This document shows, in pieces, positions 14,249 through 19,585 of a stretch of DNA of 19,585 bases. Under the pieces are notes generated by a model. The model searched no databases. It had not been told where the DNA came from and saw only the letters and a list, made by a program, of their open reading frames with translations. The translations under genes were made by a program, and so were the position numbers. Positions within the stretch are counted from its first letter, which is position 1. Every line of letters starts with the position of its first letter. Source of the stretch: a bacterium (GTDB lineage: Bacteria > Sysuimicrobiota > Sysuimicrobiia > Sysuimicrobiales > Kaftiobacteriaceae); contig JBIOWP010000139.1 of NCBI GenBank assembly GCA_044868695.1, positions 1 through 19,585 on the forward strand. Direction: 5' to 3'.

Positions 14249-15428
14249 TTCGCCCACCTCCTAGCTCCATCGCACGCACCGCATAGATATACAGGCCCGC
14301 GTTCCACGCGAACGGGACCTCCGCCTGATAGAAACGCCGGTTCAGCATCATCCCATCAGATTCAAACACCTCGGCCACCGCGTTGCGAGCCGCGTACCAG
14401 CCCCCAATCCGGGCGAGGTCGGCCATGGCCGCATCCCGTTGTCCCCGGCGAAACTTGTTGATGGCGTGCAGCGTGCCCAACCAGGGCCAGATCAGCGTGC
14501 GATGATAGTCCGGGATGCCGGCCAGAAAGTAGAAGGGAAACACCTGCCAGACCGGATACACCGGGTCGCACGTCCGCAGGGGCGTGTCGCGGTCAAGGCC
14601 TCGCGTTTCGATAAATCGCAGGATCGACGCGGCCTCCGCATCCGTTGCCACACCGAACAAGATGGCCAGCACGTTGCCGTCTGAGCAAAAGCCGCCGTGC
14701 CGCGATCCCCGGATCCAGTCGGCAAAATACGTCCCGTTCCAAAATACCCTGCGGAGCGCCTCCGCCGTCGCCGCGGCCGCGTCTGCAAATCTGCGGGCAT
14801 CAGACGCATGCCCGAGCCACTCTTTGATGGCCATACACGCCCGCAGGCCCTCGTAGTAAGTCACATTCAGGTAGAAGACTTTGTCCTTCTTTAGGATTGA
14901 ATCCATCCACCCCGCCAGGTAGCGGCTCTCCACCAGGCCATCGTGGTCGCGGTCCTGCCTCATCAGCCAAGCCATGGCGCGGTCCATCGCCGGTTCAAAG
15001 TGAGCGCAGAAGTCCATGTCGTGTGTACGCGCAAAATACTCGCGCGCCGCGATGACAAAGAGCGCGCTCGGGTCAAGCGGATCGGCAAAGACCGTTCCCG
15101 CGCGGAACAGCGCCTTCGGGTGCAAGAGGCGGGTGTGATAGTGGCCGAAGGTGTGGCCGAGAAACTCGACGCGCACGGGAAGTTCGCCCGAGGCCGTCTG
15201 AAAGCGGGTGAACGTCTCGAGATGCGCCCTCACCTGTTCGACGTCCCCGAGCGCCAGCGCGCCCAGCGATGCCCAGAACCCATCGCGCGCCCAGTAGGCG
15301 TTGAAGTGCAGGCGGCCCGCGACAATACCGTCGGGATTGTAGCAGGCACGCAGATCGCGGACGGCGATCCGGTAGGCTCGCTGGATCGTGTCGAGCGCGC
15401 CCGTCGCTGGCGCCGCAGGTGCTCTCAC
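14175..15428 (-). CDS. (alpha/alpha)6 glycoside hydrolase, glycogen-debranching / amylo-alpha-1,6-glucosidase-like
   Basis: GTG 15428 overlaps the pgl stop (GTGA); HFNAYWARDG, DRDHDGLVE, WMDS, YHRTLIWPW, FAWNAG. The track's N-terminal extension to 15791 lies inside pgl. Confidence 0.8.
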   Translation of the reverse strand: MRAPAAPATGALDTIQRAYRIAVRDLRACYNPDGIVAGRLHFNAYWARDGFWASLGALALGDVEQVRAHLETFTRFQTASGELPVRVEFLGHTFGHYHTRLLHPKALFRAGTVFADPLDPSALFVIAAREYFARTHDMDFCAHFEPAMDRAMAWLMRQDRDHDGLVESRYLAGWMDSILKKDKVFYLNVTYYEGLRACMAIKEWLGHASDARRFADAAAATAEALRRVFWNGTYFADWIRGSRHGGFCSDGNVLAILFGVATDAEAASILRFIETRGLDRDTPLRTCDPVYPVWQVFPFYFLAGIPDYHRTLIWPWLGTLHAINKFRRGQRDAAMADLARIGGWYAARNAVAEVFESDGMMLNRRFYQAEVPFAWNAGLYIYAVRAMELGGGRSGADVGGRAGDPQEHDDDRRGRAL

Positions 15429-16207
15429 GACGGTGGTGAGGGCGCGCGGACCGCGGGCCCGAGGAACGTTGCCGCGGCCTCGTCCACCCACCAGATCACC
15501 TCTCCCGCCGCAGGCCGGACCCCCGCAGCCGGGCAGGCCACCGGATCGCCCGGCTCCACGAGCGCGCGGTGGACCGCGCCCGCCTTCCCCTTCCCGGCCA
15601 CCAGGAAGAACACGGCGGCCGCGTGATTGATGACCGGCAGCGTCACCGTCAGCCGTCGAGGCGGGTCGGCCGGCACAGTCACCGCGGCCACGCGGCGGTC
15701 GGTGATCGTGATTGCCGGCGCCCCGGGGAACAGCGACGCGATATGCCCGTCCGCGGCCAACCCGAGCAAGAGCACATCGAAGCGCGGCCACGGGCCCACA
15801 AACCGCTTTGCCAGCAGCGCATCGTAGGCCCGCGCCGCCTCCTCGGAATCGGCGGGCGCGGTGGACATCGGGTGCACGTTGGTCACGGGGATCGGGACGT
15901 GCGCGATCAGCGTCTCCTTCGCCATGGCGTAGTTGCTGCGCGGGTCATCCGGCGGCACGTAACGTTCGTCGCCCCAGAAGAGGTCCACTTGTCCCCAGGG
16001 AACCCGCGCGGCGAAATCCCTGGCCAGGAACCGGTACAGCGTCCGCGGGGTGGTCCCTCCCGACAGGGCCACCGCGCACCGGCCCTCCGCTTCCACCGCC
16101 GTGCGCGTCCGCGCGACCAGCGCCCGCGCCGCGGCGCGGCTCAGCGTGTCCACATCCGGATAGACGTACACGGCCGGCTTGGACGGGGCAGGCGGCCGCT
16201 GCGTCAC
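15425..16207 (-). CDS. pgl: 6-phosphogluconolactonase
   Basis: GTG 16207 overlaps the gnd stop; ALSGGTTP, FWGDERYVP, SNY, LLGLAADGHIASLFP, RLTVTLP. Confidence 0.93.
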   Translation of the reverse strand: MTQRPPAPSKPAVYVYPDVDTLSRAAARALVARTRTAVEAEGRCAVALSGGTTPRTLYRFLARDFAARVPWGQVDLFWGDERYVPPDDPRSNYAMAKETLIAHVPIPVTNVHPMSTAPADSEEAARAYDALLAKRFVGPWPRFDVLLLGLAADGHIASLFPGAPAITITDRRVAAVTVPADPPRRLTVTLPVINHAAAVFFLVAGKGKAGAVHRALVEPGDPVACPAAGVRPAAGEVIWWVDEAAATFLGPAVRAPSPPS

Positions 16208-17112
16208 GTGACCCGCTTGACCTCGTGCCCCCCGAACTGCTCTCGCATCACCGCGAGCAGCCGGTCGGCATACGAGTACGTGTCGCGGGAACGCAGCCGC
16301 TGCAGCAGCGCCAGCGTGATCACCGGCGCCGGGCTGTCCAATTCGATCGCCTCGGCCACCGTCCAACGGCCTTCGCCGGAGTCGGCCACCTGTGGGACGA
16401 CATCGGCCAGATCCTGATTATCTTTCAGCGCGGCGGCGGTGAGGTCGAGCAGCCACGACCGCACCACGCTCCCTGAACGCCAGATTTCGGCGATCTGGTG
16501 CAGGTTGAGGGCAAAGTCCGTCTTGCGTTTCATCAGCGCGAACCCCTCGGCCAGCGCCTGCATCATGCCGTACTCGATGCCGTTGTGCACCATCTTCACG
16601 AAGTGCCCCGCCCCGTGCGGCCCGACGTGACCCCACCCGCGGTCCCGGGCCGGTGCGAGCGCTTCAAAAATCGGCCGCAGGCGTTCCACGGCGACGCGCT
16701 CTCCTCCGACCATCAGGCTGTAGCCCTCCGTCCGGCCCCAGATGCCGCCGCTCGTGCCGACGTCGACGAACTCCAGCCCATGTTCCGACAGCAGCGCGGC
16801 GCGGCGGAGGGTGTCGCGATAGTACGAGTTGCCGCCGTCGACGACGGTGTCCCCGCGCGCCAGCAGGGCGAGCAGCGCCTGCAGCGTCTGGTCGACCGTG
16901 CGGCCCGCTGGAATCATCAGCCAGATGATCCGCGGCGCGGGGAGCCGCTCCATCAGGTCCTGCAGGGACGTCGCCGCCTCCGCGCCGACCTGGATCGCGC
17001 GCTGCCGCGACTCCGCGGAGCGGGCGTACCCGACGACGTGGTGCTGCGCCCGCACCAGGCGCTCGGTCATGTTCGCGCCCATGCGCCCAAGCCCGATCAT
17101 GCCAAGGTCCAT
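16204..17112 (-). CDS. gnd: Decarboxylating 6-phosphogluconate dehydrogenase (short YqeC type)
   Basis: ATG 17112 after AAGGAG; GMIGLGRMG, DGGNS, DVGTSGG, GHFVKMVHNGIEYG, DSGEGRWT, FGGH. Confidence 0.95.
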   Translation of the reverse strand: MDLGMIGLGRMGANMTERLVRAQHHVVGYARSAESRQRAIQVGAEAATSLQDLMERLPAPRIIWLMIPAGRTVDQTLQALLALLARGDTVVDGGNSYYRDTLRRAALLSEHGLEFVDVGTSGGIWGRTEGYSLMVGGERVAVERLRPIFEALAPARDRGWGHVGPHGAGHFVKMVHNGIEYGMMQALAEGFALMKRKTDFALNLHQIAEIWRSGSVVRSWLLDLTAAALKDNQDLADVVPQVADSGEGRWTVAEAIELDSPAPVITLALLQRLRSRDTYSYADRLLAVMREQFGGHEVKRVT

Positions 17113-17152
17113 GGTCCGTGTGCTCCTTTGAGGGCAATCTACATCAACGGTT

Positions 17153-17527
17153 CTATGTGAATAGGAACGCCACAAAGATGGCCGCGGTGAGGGCTGCAGA
17201 CGTCAGGCACCAGTTGCACAGCGCCTGCAGCACGAAGACCTGCAGGTAGGTGAGGTAGAGGTAGAGGATCAGCGCCGTCGAGGTCACGAGGACCGCGAGG
17301 GGCCGCAAATCCGGCAGCCGCGCGTCGAGCAGCGGTGTGAGGGCCACTGAGAGGAAGTAGGCGACGCCGAGCGCGCCGTTTGGAATACCCATGAGCCGGC
17401 CGAAACGGCTGCGAATCACTTCGGCGCAGCCTGTGCCCAAACACAAGACCGGGCCGCTGGTGACCTGCTTGTACCAGACGTAAGCGCTGATGAGCAGACC
17501 GGCCACGCCCAAGACGACGAAGAGCAT
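17153..17527 (-). CDS. Vitamin K epoxide reductase (VKOR) family protein
   Basis: Four hydrophobic segments; loop CLGTGCAEVIRS, GIPN, active-site CNWC. Confidence 0.9.
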   Translation of the reverse strand: MLFVVLGVAGLLISAYVWYKQVTSGPVLCLGTGCAEVIRSRFGRLMGIPNGALGVAYFLSVALTPLLDARLPDLRPLAVLVTSTALILYLYLTYLQVFVLQALCNWCLTSAALTAAIFVAFLFT

Positions 17528-17596
17528 CTCCGGCTCGCCACCCCCGCCTCCATCATCCCCTCAAACGGTGCCGGCGGCAACACTCTTCTCGCCGCG

Positions 17597-17641
17597 GTGG
17601 GCGGAAGGGATGTGGGCGGAAGGGATGTGGGCGGAAGGGAT
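17597..17641. repeat. Perfect 15-bp tandem repeat x3 (GTGGGCGGAAGGGAT)
   Basis: Read directly from the sequence, in the divergent VKOR / M20 intergenic region. Confidence 0.95.
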
Positions 17642-17674
17642 GGTGCAAAAGCCCGGGGAACACTCTGCCCACTC

Positions 17675-18949
17675 ATGGCTGCGCGACCGAGCGTTTCTCT
17701 GCACCGTCTCCGAGAACGTCTGGAGCGGTTAGGCGCTATCGGACGGGATCCCGCGGGCGGCGTGACTCGTGTCCCCTTCTCACCTCCGCATGTCGAGGCA
17801 GTGCGGGCCGTCTCCCAGATGATGCGTGAGGCCGGGCTGGAACCGGGTGTGGACGAGTTCGGCAACCTGATCGGCACTCGCGCAGGCGAGCGCACCGCGG
17901 CGGTCCTGGCAGGCTCGCACCTCGACACCGTGCCTCAGGGCGGGATCTTCGACGGCGCCCTGGGCGTGGTGGCGGCCGTTGAAGCAGCCCAGGCGCTGCA
18001 CGACGCCGGCCGGACGCTCCGGCACAATCTGGCTGTGGTGGCGTTTGCCGATGAGGAGGGCCATGCCTTCGGCGTCGGCACCCTGTCGTCGCGGCTTCTG
18101 GTGGGAGAGGTTGACCGCAGCCGGGTCGACACGCTGCGCGACCGGACCGGACGGGCGCTGCGCGACGCCCTCAGGACGCGCGAGCACGGCCTGCCGCCAG
18201 CGCGCGTTCCTGATCGCGTGTCGGTGTATCTGGAACTGCATGTCGAACAGGGGCCGGTCCTGGAGCAGACGGGCCGCACCGTGGCTGCGGTGGAGTCTAT
18301 CGTCGGGATCGTCAGGACGACGGCGGTGATCGAAGGGGTCGCCTCGCACGCCGGCACGACGCCGATGACATCGCGGGCCGACGCGGTGGTGGGCGCGGCG
18401 GAGTTGGTCCTGGCGGTACGCGAGCTCGCGCTGGCGCAGCGCGGCCATGCGGTCGGGACCGTCGGCCAGGCGCGCGTGCTCCCGGGTGCCGCGAATGTCA
18501 TTCCCGGCCGGGTCGAGCTCAGTGTGGAACTGCGGAGTGTGAGCGATCAAACCCTCGACGCGCTGCGGCGCGCTGTGGAGGACCGGGCGCAGGACATCAC
18601 CCGCCGCAGCGGCCTGAAAATTACGCTTGCACCGTGGGACCACTCCCCCGCGGTGCCGATGGACCCCGGCGTGCGCGAGGCCGTGCTCGGAGCCATCGAG
18701 CGGTCCGGCCATCCACGGGTGACGCTGCCCAGCTGGGCCGGCCATGACGCCGGCGTCCTAGCGCGCCATGTGCGGGCGGGGATGATCTTTGTCGTTAGTG
18801 CCGGCGGTCTCAGTCACTCACCGCGGGAATCTACACGCTGGGAAGCCGTCGAGACCGGTGCGCAGGTGCTGCTCGAAACGTTGATTGCTCTCGATGCGAA
18901 CGACGGGAAGGACCGCGGCCTGCCGCTGGCCTACGCGGCGCGCCGATGA
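17675..18949 (+). CDS. M20 family Zn-dependent amidohydrolase (allantoate amidohydrolase / N-carbamoyl-amino acid hydrolase)
   Basis: GSHLDTVPQGGIFDGALGV, DEEG, ELHVEQGP, HAGTTPM, GHDA, GGLSHSPRE. Start placed at ATG 17675. Confidence 0.93.
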   Translation: MAARPSVSLHRLRERLERLGAIGRDPAGGVTRVPFSPPHVEAVRAVSQMMREAGLEPGVDEFGNLIGTRAGERTAAVLAGSHLDTVPQGGIFDGALGVVAAVEAAQALHDAGRTLRHNLAVVAFADEEGHAFGVGTLSSRLLVGEVDRSRVDTLRDRTGRALRDALRTREHGLPPARVPDRVSVYLELHVEQGPVLEQTGRTVAAVESIVGIVRTTAVIEGVASHAGTTPMTSRADAVVGAAELVLAVRELALAQRGHAVGTVGQARVLPGAANVIPGRVELSVELRSVSDQTLDALRRAVEDRAQDITRRSGLKITLAPWDHSPAVPMDPGVREAVLGAIERSGHPRVTLPSWAGHDAGVLARHVRAGMIFVVSAGGLSHSPRESTRWEAVETGAQVLLETLIALDANDGKDRGLPLAYAARR

Positions 18950-19420
18950 CCCGTCTCGCCGACCGCATCGCCGCGGCCAACGCCGGCGCGCTGGACCGGA
19001 TCGCCCATGCCTCTCCGGTCCTCGCCGGCGTCCGCGGGGCGGGAGCGCTGATTCCCGCGCTGTCCGGCCGCGTCCTGCTGCACGCAGGACCGCCGGTGGA
19101 GCCGGCCGCGATGTGCGGGCCGATGCGCGGCGCCGCGGTCGGGGCGATCCTGCTGGAAGGGTGGGCGCGCTCGCCGGAGGAGGCGGCCTCACTGCTGGAC
19201 GCCGGCAAGATCACCCTGCACTGCACCCACGACCACGGCGCGGTCGGGCCGATGGCCGGCGTCATCTCGCCGTCGATGCCGTTGTTCGAGGTGCGCGACG
19301 CTGCGACCGGCGCGTCGGCCGGCTGTCCCATCAACGAAGGCATCGGCGCCGTGCTGCGGTTCGGCGCGAACGATCCTGCGGTCCTGGATCGGCTACGGTG
19401 GATCCGCGACGTGCTGGCCC
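18946..19420 (+). CDS. DUF1116 / YlbE-like protein, N-terminal part, interrupted by an inversion
   Basis: ATGA overlap with the M20 stop; LLHAGPP, MCGPMRGA, HGAVGPMAGVISPSMP, NEGIGAVLRFGA. Not in the ORF track. Confidence 0.8.
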
Positions 19421-19585
19421 GCGCCATCAGCGGCAGGAGCGGCAGGCCATCCGCCCGCCGCAGCGCCGAGTCCAGCGCCGGGGCCAGCACGTCGCGGATC
19501 CACCGCAGCCGGTCCAGGACCGCAGGATCGTTCGCGCCGAACCGCAGCACGGCGCCGATGCCTTCGTTGACGGGACAGCCGGCCG
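19316..19585. repeat. 105-bp fold-back inverted duplication with 60-nt spacer at the window end
   Basis: 19481-19585 is the reverse complement of 19316-19420 with 3 mismatches (19330, 19389, 19395). Confidence 0.95.

Noticed and set aside
13838..17527. gnd-pgl without zwf as a novel pathway
   Set aside because: Split oxidative pentose phosphate genes are common and zwf may lie elsewhere; nothing in the window supports more.
116..19550. Many long alternative-frame ORFs in the track (e.g. 324..1028, 1041..2252, 3041..4303, 5564..6490, 7009..7971, 12018..13124, 17780..18745)
   Set aside because: They are antisense or frame-shifted shadows of well-supported genes, Arg/Pro/Ala-rich without family motifs, as expected in high-GC DNA.
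18831..19550. 239-aa minus-strand ORF beginning MLRFGANDPAVLDRLRW
   Set aside because: It is a product of the fold-back inversion: a short piece of the DUF1116 protein fused to antisense sequence.

Overview
GC-rich bacterial window of mostly metabolic genes; no mobile element, CRISPR array, tRNA or rRNA was seen. Left to right: three overlapping small Cys-rich (zinc-ribbon-like) ORFs; an FMN riboswitch driving ribU and a YtcJ-like amidohydrolase, with ribU flanked by two 4+4 heptamer inverted-repeat hairpins; an LMW-PTP-fold arsenate reductase whose catalytic Cys codon is an in-frame TGA (probable selenoprotein), followed by an aldo/keto reductase and a cytochrome P450; a ybaK / sugar dehydrogenase / orphan pstS unit on the minus strand; and a 7-gene plus-strand operon (OsmC-like, di-iron ferritin-like, CoA-binding, YeeE/YedE, TusA/YedF, YVTN beta-propeller, unknown membrane-anchored protein) preceded by a structured leader with a Cys-containing small ORF and mutually exclusive hairpins. 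After that come a VKOR-gnd-pgl-glycoside hydrolase-CoA-binding unit (minus strand), an M20 amidohydrolase, and a DUF1116/YlbE-like gene broken by a fold-back inversion at the window end. The best candidates for new biology are the sulfur/selenium-type operon with its putative Cys-sensing attenuator and the Sec-ArsC. All calls are from motif recognition by eye; no searches were run.
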